From: Myxococcales bacterium
Lineage (GTDB): Bacteria > Myxococcota_A > Polyangia > Polyangiales > DASUME01
DNA length: 64,000 bases
Direction: 5' to 3'
NCBI GenBank assembly: GCA_047601445.1
Contig: JASGJH010000001.1
Location: 8,288,001 to 8,352,000, forward strand
Position numbers and translations under genes: made by a program. The first letter of the stretch is position 1, and every line of letters starts with the position of its first letter. Below the pieces are notes generated by a model that was given only the letters and a program-made list of their open reading frames with translations, ran no database searches and was not told the DNA's origin. Positions 48,677 to 58,157 of this stretch are shown here, one piece after another.

Positions 48677-49330
48677 GTGCTCCAGGTGGTCCCGGCTTCG
48701 ATGGTGTTCGCGCTCGGTTCGGCTCGCTTCGGTGGCCTGGTGAGCGGTCTCGTGGGTTCGAGCGAAGACGAATGGGTACGGCGTGCGCAACGGGGCGAGC
48801 CGGAAGCGCTGGCTTGGCTGGTGCGCACCCACGGCCCGCGCCTGCAGCGCCTGTTCCTGCGTGTGTTCGGTCCCCGCGCGGATCTGGAGGACCTGGTGCA
48901 GAACACCTTCCTCGAGTTGCTCCACGCGCTGCCTGGCTTCCGCCACGAGAGCACGTTCTCCACGTTTCTCACCGGCATCGCCGTACGCGTCGGTCGCCGC
49001 GCCCTGCGCCCGAGTCGCGTGGTGCAGTTGGCCGTCGATGTCTCGCGGGCCGACGGCGTCGAGCATGCTGCGAGTGGCCCGGACGAGAAGGCGCGCGCCA
49101 GCGAGCTCCTGCGCCGCGTACATCAGCTGTTGGCAGAGGTCGCCGAGCCCAAGCGCGTGGCTTTTCTCTTGTGGGCTGTCGAAGGTTTGCCGCCGAGCGA
49201 GGTCGCCGACGCCATGCAGGCTTCCCTTTCGGCCACCCGATCACGCATCTTCTATGCACAGAAGGAGCTCCTGGCCGCGGCGCGTCAGGATCCCTATCTG
49301 TGCGAATGGCTCGAGGAGCACAGGCCATGA
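48677..49330 (+). CDS. ECF RNA polymerase sigma factor
   Basis: EDLVQNTF, STFSTFL, EVADAM...TRSRIFYA. Start uncertain. Confidence 0.9.
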   Translation: MLQVVPASMVFALGSARFGGLVSGLVGSSEDEWVRRAQRGEPEALAWLVRTHGPRLQRLFLRVFGPRADLEDLVQNTFLELLHALPGFRHESTFSTFLTGIAVRVGRRALRPSRVVQLAVDVSRADGVEHAASGPDEKARASELLRRVHQLLAEVAEPKRVAFLLWAVEGLPPSEVADAMQASLSATRSRIFYAQKELLAAARQDPYLCEWLEEHRP

Positions 49331-50499
49331 CACCACCCGAACCTCAACTCGACGAGTCCGTGCGCCGGAAATTCCAGGCGCTCGGGGAGGCCGTGGAGGC
49401 GCCCTTCGATGCGGCCATGGCGCAGCGCATCGTGCAGCGTCTGCAGGCCGAGGCTCGACGGCGTGAACGACGTAAGCGGCGCTTGTGGTCGACGGCGCTG
49501 GCTGGCTGCGTCGCGGCGGCTGCCGCAGTCATGCTGCTTTGGTCGCAACGAACGCGCGAGCCGAGCGCCGAGTCGCGCGTGGCCGTCTGCGCCTGGGTCG
49601 ACCAATCGCTCGTCTTCGTCACCAACGCGCGGGGCGAGCGTGAGCTCCTGTTGGGTGCGGCGGGCCGCGTGGTCGCGGGCGCGGATGCCGAGGTCAGGGC
49701 CACGCGCGACGCCGCGTGCGCGCTCGGCATCGAGCTTACGCGTGGGGCAGTGGCGGCGGAGCTCCACGATCTGCGCCCGGGTTCGCTCAGCGTGCGCACG
49801 AGCTTCGGCGACGTGCGGGTGCGCGGCACGACTTTCTCCGTGGAAGTTGGCACCGACCTGCGGGTGGTGCTCGTGTCGGGTGCGGTCGATCTGGTCGACG
49901 AAGGCGAGGTCGCGCTGCGCATGGCGCCTGGCAAGGCCCTGCAGCGGCGCGCGCGCCGCGCCGACGCGCGGCTGACGGCGGCATCACGCGAAGACGTGCA
50001 GCGTGTGGAAGATCTGCTTCATGCGCCCGCGAGGGGGCCTGTGACCGCCCCTGCGCCAGCCGAGCCGAGTGCGTCCGCGCTGCCCGCGCTGCCAGAGATC
50101 GCGACCCGCGAGGGCGTCCGCGGTGGTTCCGCACCCCGTCGTCCGGATCTGCTCGGCGAGGCCGAGGCTGCACGTCGCAAGGGCGAGAACGAACGCGCGC
50201 GCGCTCTCTATGTCCAGGCCCAGCAAGCTGGCCAAGCAAACGCCGAAGTCGCCCTGCTTCGGCACGCCGGCTTCGAGCTCGAGCTGGCGAACCCACGCGC
50301 GGCCGAGGAGCTGCTCACGGAACATCACCGCCGCTACCCCGAGAGCCATCTCGCCGCCGAGGCGGCCTGGCTCGGAGTCAGGATGCGCAGCGCAACCGGT
50401 GACGTCGCCGCCGCCCGCGCCGCGGCTGGTGCGCTGTTGCGAGATTTTCCGGACGCGCCTCAGGCCCGCGCCGCGCGACGGATGCTCGCCGAACCATGA
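49327..50499 (+). CDS. FecR-like anti-sigma factor with C-terminal TPR
   Basis: Transmembrane segment, VRVRGTTFSV...V..GAV FecR motif, TPR-like ending RYPESHL; ATGA overlap. Confidence 0.82.
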   Translation: MTPPEPQLDESVRRKFQALGEAVEAPFDAAMAQRIVQRLQAEARRRERRKRRLWSTALAGCVAAAAAVMLLWSQRTREPSAESRVAVCAWVDQSLVFVTNARGERELLLGAAGRVVAGADAEVRATRDAACALGIELTRGAVAAELHDLRPGSLSVRTSFGDVRVRGTTFSVEVGTDLRVVLVSGAVDLVDEGEVALRMAPGKALQRRARRADARLTAASREDVQRVEDLLHAPARGPVTAPAPAEPSASALPALPEIATREGVRGGSAPRRPDLLGEAEAARRKGENERARALYVQAQQAGQANAEVALLRHAGFELELANPRAAEELLTEHHRRYPESHLAAEAAWLGVRMRSATGDVAAARAAAGALLRDFPDAPQARAARRMLAEP

Positions 50500-51965
50500 C
50501 GCCTGCGCGGGCCATCGGCGCCGGGTTGGTGCTCGGCTGCGCGCTCGGCGCATGCCTCTCGCAGGTGGAGCTCGCTCCTGGTGCGCCCGATCAGATCGTG
50601 GTGTTGGGGGAGGTCCCTGCGCAGATCATCGAGCGCTTCGCCCGCGAGCGAGGCGGCACTTCGGATGGCCGGCTTCGGCTCGACTACCCTGCCACGAATA
50701 CCGAACTGCCTGCCGACCTCGCCGCCATGCGCTTCGCATGGAGCGTCTCACCCAAGGCACCGCCGGCGCCCAAGCCGATGCCCATGGCACCCAAGGCCAA
50801 GGGCGATCCTCCCGCGAAGAACGCCGACTACTTCGAGCTGTGCCTCCAGACCGAGCGACGCACGTCGTGTGCGTACACCGACGCGACGCAGCTCTTCCTC
50901 GAGGAGCAGACCTGGCGGCCCTTGCTCGAGGACGCCGCACACGTGGTGGTGCGTTTGCGCGGCCTCGCCGCCGATTCCCCCGAGCCCATGGTCGCTGCAG
51001 ACAGTGCGCTCAGCGTCGTCAGTCCCAGCGCGCGCGGCTCCGTGTACTTCGTGCAAGATGGGTCGCGTCTGCGAAGGGCGCCGCTCTCGGCTGCCATGGC
51101 GGACGATGTCGAGCTGGCCCTCGACGGCATGTCGGCCGTCTACGCCGTGTCACGCGATGGCACACGCCTGGCCCTCGCGCGCGCGCCCGACCAGCTCGAG
51201 ATCCGCAGCCTGCCATCGTTGGAGGTCGTGGCTTCCGCGTCCTGGCCTGCTCCGTGCGCTGCGCCGCCCGACGCGCTGGCCTTCGACCCCGGCGGGCGTC
51301 GACTCGTCTTCGCATGCACGGGCGCCCTCGTGCTGGTGGACGCCGACACTGCGGCACCGATCCCGCTCAGCGGCGAGCTCGCACAGGCGCGCCTCGCGCA
51401 GCCGAGCTGGTCTCCGGATGGTCGACAGTTGGTGTTCGCGCTCTGGCCCGACGACCCCATGATGCCAGCGGCCCCCGAGCAGGAGGGCACGAGCCTGGCG
51501 CGCTCCCACGTGTCGGTCGATGGCAGCTTCGGCCCTGTCGAGATCCTCGTCCAGTCGGACAAGCGCGACGATACGCTGGCCTTTCCCAGTTTTTCACCGA
51601 CGGGCGACTGGATCGCGTTTCTGCGCGCCAAAGGCAAGCTGCGAGACGCCCGCGAGGCGCAGCCGTGGTTGGTCGCCGCCGCCGGGGGGAGCCCTCTTGC
51701 GTTGGAACTCCCCAAGGAGCCCAAGGCCAAGCTAACCCTGGCCAGCCCGGTCGCATTTCCGAGCTGGCTCCCGAGCGAAGACGGCACGCTCGCGTGGCTC
51801 ACGTTCTCCGCTCAGGGATGGCTCACGCCGACCACCCAGCTGTGGTCCGTACCGGTTCACTTCGCCGAACTCGGTGGCCCCGAAGCGCGCGCACTGCCTC
51901 CGATCTGGTTGCCATTTCAGCCCCTCGATGGGAACGTCTTGGCCCCGGCCTTCGCGCCCCGCTGA
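50496..51965 (+). CDS. TolB/PD40-repeat lipoprotein (related to 28234..30423)
   Basis: Lipobox LGAC, YPATNT..P, PSWSPDG, FPSFSP, WLPFQ. Confidence 0.8.
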   Translation: MTPARAIGAGLVLGCALGACLSQVELAPGAPDQIVVLGEVPAQIIERFARERGGTSDGRLRLDYPATNTELPADLAAMRFAWSVSPKAPPAPKPMPMAPKAKGDPPAKNADYFELCLQTERRTSCAYTDATQLFLEEQTWRPLLEDAAHVVVRLRGLAADSPEPMVAADSALSVVSPSARGSVYFVQDGSRLRRAPLSAAMADDVELALDGMSAVYAVSRDGTRLALARAPDQLEIRSLPSLEVVASASWPAPCAAPPDALAFDPGGRRLVFACTGALVLVDADTAAPIPLSGELAQARLAQPSWSPDGRQLVFALWPDDPMMPAAPEQEGTSLARSHVSVDGSFGPVEILVQSDKRDDTLAFPSFSPTGDWIAFLRAKGKLRDAREAQPWLVAAAGGSPLALELPKEPKAKLTLASPVAFPSWLPSEDGTLAWLTFSAQGWLTPTTQLWSVPVHFAELGGPEARALPPIWLPFQPLDGNVLAPAFAPR

Positions 51966-52158
51966 TCGCATCACGCGTGCGCCCGAGCGGGTGTCGAAAC
52001 GGTCGTGGCCACGTTCACCGCGTCACAGTGTCGTGTTCCGTGAGCTGCGCCCCCGCGAATGGCGTGCTTGTGGCCGTTCGAGGCCGGTGCGCCGCGCGTT
52101 CTCTGCTTCGTGCGTGAGGGCGACGCCGAATTTAGCCATTTTGCGCCTATTTCGCACG

Positions 52159-52173
52159 TGGCCGCTGTCTTGC
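52159..52173 (+). promoter_or_regulatory. Possible sigma54 promoter
   Basis: TGGCCGCTGTCTTGC (GG-N10-GC) about 100 bp upstream of the roadblock-like gene. Confidence 0.45.
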
Positions 52174-52275
52174 ACTGAGCCCCTGCAACGCACTCGAGGC
52201 CTCGTCGCCTCCGCCTTCAATGGTGAGGTCGGAGCGGGCGCAGCATGGGCTCGAGTGCCTGCTGGGAGAACGATT

Positions 52276-52641
52276 GTGGCGAACATCAACGAGTGCCTTT
52301 CTCGGATCATGACCTTGGACGGAGCCGTCGGAGCGTGCATCGTGGACAGCAACAGCGGCATGATGCTCGGGGCCGCGGGCGGAGGGGGCATCATCAATCT
52401 GGAAGTGGCGGCGGCCGGAAACACCGAGGTGGTGCGGGCCAAACGCAAGACCATGCAACGGCTCGATCTGAAGACCCGCATCGAGGACATGCTCATCACG
52501 CTCGGCGCCCAGTACCATCTGCTGCGCCCGCTCGCTGCCAACGACGCGCTCTTCATCTACCTCGTGCTCGACAAGGCCAAGAGCAACCTCGCCATGGCGC
52601 GCCACAAGCTGGCGACCATCGAGCCCGAACTGGTGATCTGA
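52276..52641 (+). CDS. Roadblock/LC7-like protein
   Basis: GGGAG RBS then GTG; DGAVGACIVD..SGM.LG...EVAAAGNTEVVRAK...IEDMLITL..QYHLLRP. Confidence 0.8.
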   Translation: MANINECLSRIMTLDGAVGACIVDSNSGMMLGAAGGGGIINLEVAAAGNTEVVRAKRKTMQRLDLKTRIEDMLITLGAQYHLLRPLAANDALFIYLVLDKAKSNLAMARHKLATIEPELVI

Positions 52642-52884
52642 ACGATCGGCGTCACCGGGGATTCGCGCGACGGCGCCGCGCGCGAACCTGGCGGGTGACG
52701 CCGACGAATGACGCGAAAAGCAGCCAACGCCGACTAGCCTCCGTGAGTTGCGCTGCTCGAGCGTCATTCGTCGGCCTTGCCCGCGCAGGAGAGGGGCCCT
52801 GCGGGCCCAGCTTGCGTAACCCACGCTACAAGCGTCCGCGAGAGCCCTGGCAAAGGACGTACGTACCGCCTTAACATGCCCGGC

Positions 52885-53613
52885 ATGCAGTCCCTTGATC
52901 TGAGCTCCTATCGGCAGATCGTCGTGCTCACCGGGGCCGGTGTCTCGGTGGCCTCCGGGTTGCGCCCCTATCGAGGTCCAGGGGGATTGTGGGAGGAACA
53001 CGAGGTGGCCGGGCTCGCCACGGCGGAGGCCCTCGAACGTCGTCCCGACCAGGTCCGCGCGTTCTTCGCCGAGGCCCGTGAGCGAGCCACGCTCGCCGAG
53101 CCCAATGCGGCCCACCGCGCCCTCGCGCGCTGGGAGCAGGCGCTGCCCGCGGACGTTCGCTTCACGCTCATCACCCAGAACGTGGACGGTCTGCATCAGC
53201 GCGCGGGCAGTGTCCGGGTGATCGAGCTGCACGGTAGCCTCTTTTCGACCCGCTGCGGCTCACCCGGCTGCGGTCGTCCGCGCACGCGAGAGTCGGCCTC
53301 GGCGGGCGCGCCGTCGGGGAGTTGCGAGCTCTGCGGCGGTCGTCTCCGGCCCGACCTCACGCTGTTCGACGAGCCCCTCGATGTAGACGCGGAGTGGCAA
53401 TCCAAGCAGGCCCTGCGCGAGTGCGACCTCTTTCTCGCGATCGGCACGTCGGGCACCGTCTCACCGGCCTCCAACTTCGTGCGCAGTGCGGCCTACGCTG
53501 GCGCGCGCACCATCTTCGTCAACTTGGAGCCCATGCGCCCGCGTAATCCTTCGTTCGCGGAGGAATACTTGGGCCGTGCCGAGCAGCTGCTGCCAACGAT
53601 GCTCGGACACTGA
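52885..53613 (+). CDS. cobB: Sir2-family NAD-dependent deacylase
   Basis: LTGAGVS..SG, TQNVDGLH, ELHG, zinc-binding Cys pairs, IGTSG.V.PA. Confidence 0.9.
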   Translation: MQSLDLSSYRQIVVLTGAGVSVASGLRPYRGPGGLWEEHEVAGLATAEALERRPDQVRAFFAEARERATLAEPNAAHRALARWEQALPADVRFTLITQNVDGLHQRAGSVRVIELHGSLFSTRCGSPGCGRPRTRESASAGAPSGSCELCGGRLRPDLTLFDEPLDVDAEWQSKQALRECDLFLAIGTSGTVSPASNFVRSAAYAGARTIFVNLEPMRPRNPSFAEEYLGRAEQLLPTMLGH

Positions 53614-53628
53614 GAACGGGCGCTCCAA

Positions 53629-53965
53629 ACCTTCAACGCGTAGAAACTGACGCCAGTTCTGATCGTGGCCGTAGCGTCGCCGTGGCCGTGGGTGCTCCCT
53701 TGATGGTGGCCGCGCTCGTGACCCGGAGCGACTTCGTGAAGGTGTTCGACACCGCCCGACGCTGACGGATCAACGGCGAAGTCGAGCTTCTGAAAGTGCA
53801 GCATGCCTACGATATCGGTCGCCACCCTCGCAGGTTACGTGCTCGCTTACGGTCGTGGATCACGGCCATGGTATCGTTCCCGCTCACGAGCGCGGCCACC
53901 ATCACGGGAGCGCCCACGACCACGGCAGTAGCCGCGGCGTCTACATCACGGGTTTCAAACGCCGA
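53629..53965. mobile_element. Palindromic intergenic element containing a remnant of a four-helix-bundle (Avd-like) gene
   Basis: Inverted arms 53679-53721 and 53884-53926; minus-strand ATG at 53804 encodes MLHFQKLD; an arm sequence recurs at 39090-39123. Confidence 0.55.
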
Positions 53966-53973
53966 TCGACGCC

Positions 53974-54828
53974 TCAGAACGTCGCGCCAATGCCGAGGAT
54001 CGGACCCTGCATGGTGAGCTTGGTGGTGCGCACGTTGCCTTTCAGGTCCTGGCTGTCGCGCAGGGCCTGCAGCGCCCGGTAGCCCACGTCGAACTGCAGA
54101 TGGCGCCAGACCGTGAAGCGCACGCCGGTGGTGACCTCCCAGGTGAAGCGCGAGCAGTTCGCGATGTTGAAGCCACCGAAGTTGGCCGCCAGCCCCAGGC
54201 CCACGCGGTGCGTGATGTCAGAGAGGTAGCGGGCCCCCACGATGAAGTCGGCCCAGCTCTCCGTGGCGTCGACCTTGCGATCGATCCCCGTGCCGTTCGG
54301 CCGCACCGGAGGCAGCACGGCGTGCACCGTCGAGCCGATGTTCCAGTAGCGCGCCCCCATGTCGATCATCAGCTGCGCGCCGGGCTCGCCCTTGCGGTGA
54401 CCGGGGCGCGTGTCGAGCACGCGGTAGGCGGCGCGCACGTCGAGCACGTTCTCCTTGGCGTCGAGGTCTAGGGAGCCAGAGCCGAGCTCTTTTGTGGTGT
54501 CGAGCGACACGAACATGTAGTCCGTCACCAAGCCGAAGTTCCTGTATTGGGCCTGGGCGTTGATCATGAACGCGGCGTTCATCAGCTTGATCAGCTGCCC
54601 CACGTTGGCGTTGACGGTCCGCTCTCCGAGGTCATTCGACGCCGTGGCGAGCCACAGGTAGGGAGTGACGGTCACCCACCAGTCTTGCTTGGCCTGTGCC
54701 TCGTGCGTCTCGTGTGGCGCGATCCGAGGTTCGGGCGCGGGCAACCCTTGGTCGGCCTGGGCCAGAGCGGACGCGCTCCACGCGCTCAGGGTGCATGAGA
54801 GCAGCCACGGCGCGAACCTGCGCAACAT
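53974..54828 (-). CDS. Outer-membrane beta-barrel-like protein
   Basis: Signal peptide, TVTPYLWL, GARYW, W.D.IVGAR, VGYRAL, C-terminal GPILGIGATF. Confidence 0.8.
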   Translation of the reverse strand: MLRRFAPWLLSCTLSAWSASALAQADQGLPAPEPRIAPHETHEAQAKQDWWVTVTPYLWLATASNDLGERTVNANVGQLIKLMNAAFMINAQAQYRNFGLVTDYMFVSLDTTKELGSGSLDLDAKENVLDVRAAYRVLDTRPGHRKGEPGAQLMIDMGARYWNIGSTVHAVLPPVRPNGTGIDRKVDATESWADFIVGARYLSDITHRVGLGLAANFGGFNIANCSRFTWEVTTGVRFTVWRHLQFDVGYRALQALRDSQDLKGNVRTTKLTMQGPILGIGATF

Positions 54829-54922
54829 GTTCCCCACCTTCGTGATTGGCGGTCTGCTCCCCAGCAAACCCTCGATTCAGCATGTGGGGTGTAGGCAGTG
54901 CTTGCAACGCGCAAGCGCGCCT

Positions 54923-55909
54923 TCATGACGCGTCGGGAACGCTTGCCGCCTTCTTGTATGCGAGGAGCAGGCGGCGTCCGTGAGGCGAGAGAGCCTTCCC
55001 GTGCAGGAACAGCTCGCGAAACCAACGAGCACCCGCGTCGTCCTCACGTCGGCGCGACCACACGGCGCTCACGCCCGCGCTGGGCAGAGCGAGCGGAGGC
55101 TTCAGCACGCGCAGCCCGAACAGCTCTTCGGCCCGTCGCGCAACACCGCTCGCGATGGTGCACACGTAATCGGTGCGCAGCAGGGCCAGCGGAGCGGACA
55201 TGAAGTTCGGCACACGCAGGGCGACCCGCCGCGTGTGTCCCAGCTTCTGCAAGGCCCGGTCCACGGCTCCATCGCGTCGCCCCTCCACGCTCACCAGCAC
55301 GTGCCCCAGCTCCAGGTAGGCCTCGAGGTCGAGCCTACGACCGATGCGTGGGTGGTCGGCGCGCACCAGCACCGCGAACGGATCCTCGTAGAGCAGGGCG
55401 CGACAGAGGCCCGACTGGGGCAATGCCTGCGTCTGTCCTATCAGCGCGAGATCGATCTCACCCGCGACCAGCGCAGGCAGCGAGGACGGTGAGAAGCGCT
55501 CGAGCTCCAGACTCACGCCCGGCGCGTGCGTCGCGAGATAGCTGAGCACATCGGGCAAGGCCGTGAACTCGAAGTAGTCGAGCGTGGCGAGCCGAAAGGT
55601 CCGGCGCGCGGTGGCAGCCACGAAGGGCTCCGGCGGCGACAGGGCCTGACCTAGCTGGTCGAGCGCCAGCGAGAGCTCTCGGGCCAGGCGCTCGGCCAAC
55701 TGGGTGCGGTGCAGACGTCCGCCGCTGGCCACGAACAGAGGATCGCCGAATAGCTCGCGCAGTCTTGCGAGTGAATGGCTCATGGCGGACTGGCTCACGT
55801 GGGTGCGCCGGGCCGCCCCGCTGACGCTGCCCTCCGCGAGCAGGGCTTCGAGCGCGGGCAGCAGGTTGAGGTTGATCGCACGCACATCGAAATCAGTCAT
55901 GTCGAGCAT
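54923..55909 (-). CDS. LysR-family transcriptional regulator
   Basis: NLNLL.AL.ALL.EGSVS.AA...SQSAMSHSLARLR..FGDPLF. Confidence 0.93.
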   Translation of the reverse strand: MLDMTDFDVRAINLNLLPALEALLAEGSVSGAARRTHVSQSAMSHSLARLRELFGDPLFVASGGRLHRTQLAERLARELSLALDQLGQALSPPEPFVAATARRTFRLATLDYFEFTALPDVLSYLATHAPGVSLELERFSPSSLPALVAGEIDLALIGQTQALPQSGLCRALLYEDPFAVLVRADHPRIGRRLDLEAYLELGHVLVSVEGRRDGAVDRALQKLGHTRRVALRVPNFMSAPLALLRTDYVCTIASGVARRAEELFGLRVLKPPLALPSAGVSAVWSRRREDDAGARWFRELFLHGKALSPHGRRLLLAYKKAASVPDAS

Positions 55910-55957
55910 TATATAGATTCATTTTATTCATGGTCGGGTCCGACCTATCGTCCATCC

Positions 55958-56929
55958 ATGCAGCCCTCACATCAACCCCGCAAAATCGGCTATCGCCACG
56001 CCTCGTGCGCCCCGTGGCTCGCCCTGTGTACGAGCTTGCTCATGGCCTGCGGGCCGACGGCCTCCGCCGAACCGCACGCACCGGTAGCCAATGCACAGAC
56101 CTCGCCGCCGCCCGGCGTGGGCTTCGCCATCCTCAAGACGGCGCGCCGCTCCGTGCGCGAGGGGCTCCTGTTCGACGGGGGGGACTTCGGGAAGCAGGTG
56201 GAGACCGCCTTCTCCGCCATCCTGGTGAAGCACGGCGAGCACTACTTCTTGTTCGACAGCGGCCTCGGTCGGGACATCGCGCGCCAGTACAACGCGGACA
56301 TGCCCTGGTGGCGCCGCCTCTCCTTCACCTACGACGATCCCGTGAGTCCCGCGCGCGCCCAGCTCGACGCGGCCCACGTGCCGCCCATCGACCGCATCGT
56401 GCTCAGCCACGCGCACTGGGACCACGCCAGTGGTCTGACGGACTTTCCCGGTGTCGAGATCTGGGCCTCGGACCCCGAGATGCACATGATCCACGCGGCA
56501 CGCTCGGGCGCCGGAAGCGCCTGGCCCTCGCAGGTCTCCAGCGACTCACTGCAGTTTCGTTCGCTGCGCTTTCGCGACGTGCCCTACGAGGGCTTCGCCC
56601 AGAGCCTCGACCTGTTCGACGACGGCAGCGTGGTGCTGGTGCCGATGTATGGCCATACGCCCGGTTCGATCGGTATGTTCGTGCGCGTGGACTCCGGCAA
56701 GCGTGCCTTCTTCGTGGGCGATGTGGTGTGGAATGCCGGCGCCCTGGCCGAAGGGAAACCGAAGTTCTGGCTGGCGCGCAGCGTGGTGGACCAGGACGCC
56801 GAGCGAACGCTCGCCACCATCGGCTTGATCCGCGGCGCCATGCAACGCGACCCTGATCTCGTGGTCTTGCCAGCTCATGACGGCGCCGCCCAGGCCGAGC
56901 TCGGCTTCTTTCCGCACTGGATCCGCTGA
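55958..56929 (+). CDS. MBL-fold metallo-hydrolase (AHL-lactonase-like), probable lipoprotein
   Basis: SHAHWDH, GHTPG, VGD, PAHD; lipobox LMAC; divergent from the LysR gene. Confidence 0.88.
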   Translation: MQPSHQPRKIGYRHASCAPWLALCTSLLMACGPTASAEPHAPVANAQTSPPPGVGFAILKTARRSVREGLLFDGGDFGKQVETAFSAILVKHGEHYFLFDSGLGRDIARQYNADMPWWRRLSFTYDDPVSPARAQLDAAHVPPIDRIVLSHAHWDHASGLTDFPGVEIWASDPEMHMIHAARSGAGSAWPSQVSSDSLQFRSLRFRDVPYEGFAQSLDLFDDGSVVLVPMYGHTPGSIGMFVRVDSGKRAFFVGDVVWNAGALAEGKPKFWLARSVVDQDAERTLATIGLIRGAMQRDPDLVVLPAHDGAAQAELGFFPHWIR

Positions 56930-57029
56930 CGGGCGCCGCCGTCGCGCTTGCGGTCCATGACCGAAGCGCGTGCGCCTCCGTTCGCGGGGCTGGCAGCTTC
57001 GACAAGCTGCGCTCTGCGTGGAAGCAATT

Positions 57030-57992
57030 GTGACTGTGAAGCTCAGCGCTCTTGTCGACCTCGCGAATCGCCTCAAGAACTCCACGCTCAAGACCCTAGA
57101 AGGCCCGGCCAGGCTCCTGCACCGGCCGCGCGCCCCGCGCACGCCAGACATGGTGGGCGACCCGCTCCACCCGATCGATGTGCGGAGCAAGCTCTCGCGC
57201 GAGGAGTTCGTGATCAACTATCTGAGCGCGAACCGGCCGGTGGTCGTCACCGACGCCATGGATCGCTGGGACGCGCGCCACTGGACGCTGGCCTCGTTCG
57301 AGCGAGATTTCGGCGACTGTGCGGTGACCCTGCAAGCACCGGAGTTCGAGGGCGGTGAGGTCTCCAAAGTACGTGACTTCATTCGTCAGGTGAGAGGCTA
57401 CGAGCACCTGCCGGTCGAGCTCTTGCCCGCTCCCTCCGAGATGCCCAACGCCCGGAACCTCAAGGGGGGGTATGGCCAGGGCTTCACCAGCACCGCCTTC
57501 GAGCGACTCGCCAAGCACTGGGAGCGTCCCTACTTCGTGCCCGTGAGCGGCTACGTGTCACCGAGTCAGTTGCTGTGCCTGCCGAACTATCAGCCGCACA
57601 CCCAGTTCGGCTTCTACGTGTCGCCGCGCGGTGCCGCCACGTCGCTCCATGTCGACGGTGGGTTCTCCAACGCGCTGTTGGGACAGATCGCGGGCGAGAA
57701 GAAGGTCTTCCTGTTCAGCCCGGACCAGACGCCACGCTTGCCGCGCCACCATGAACGCCCGCCCGCTCACTACTTACGTGGCGAGCAACCTGGCTTCGGC
57801 GGCGAGCAACCGATGGAGTTCACGCTGCGGCCCGGCATGATGATGTTCATCCCCAAGTATCACTGGCACGAGATCTACACGCTGTCTGCCAGCATCTCCA
57901 TCACCTACACCTTCGTGCACGCTTCGGACGTGACTCGGCAGTGGGTGCGGGACATCTCCTCCACCAGCATGCAGCAGGCCGACTACGCCTGA
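57030..57992 (+). CDS. JmjC/cupin-8 2-oxoglutarate oxygenase
   Basis: NRPVVVTD, TSLHVD, GEKKVFLF.P, PG..MFIP..HWHE. Start uncertain. Confidence 0.85.
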   Translation: MTVKLSALVDLANRLKNSTLKTLEGPARLLHRPRAPRTPDMVGDPLHPIDVRSKLSREEFVINYLSANRPVVVTDAMDRWDARHWTLASFERDFGDCAVTLQAPEFEGGEVSKVRDFIRQVRGYEHLPVELLPAPSEMPNARNLKGGYGQGFTSTAFERLAKHWERPYFVPVSGYVSPSQLLCLPNYQPHTQFGFYVSPRGAATSLHVDGGFSNALLGQIAGEKKVFLFSPDQTPRLPRHHERPPAHYLRGEQPGFGGEQPMEFTLRPGMMMFIPKYHWHEIYTLSASISITYTFVHASDVTRQWVRDISSTSMQQADYA

Positions 57993-58157
57993 GTCCGGCC
58001 TGCCGCGGCGCTAGCGGCGCCGGATCTCGCCGTCACGATGGAGCCGAGGCGCGCTTCTTCACCCCGCCCGGTGGAGGCTCGCCCACAAAATCACGGCGCC
58101 CCGTTCACCCCGAGTTTCGTTGACTGCTCGGGTGGAACGACGAAGATCCGGGAACCT

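Noticed and set aside
52885..53613. Sir2 anti-phage effector
   Set aside because: Canonical CobB-type sirtuin with zinc module and no defence partner genes.
53629..53965. Diversity-generating retroelement
   Set aside because: Only a short Avd-like remnant; no reverse transcriptase and no TR/VR pair seen in the window.
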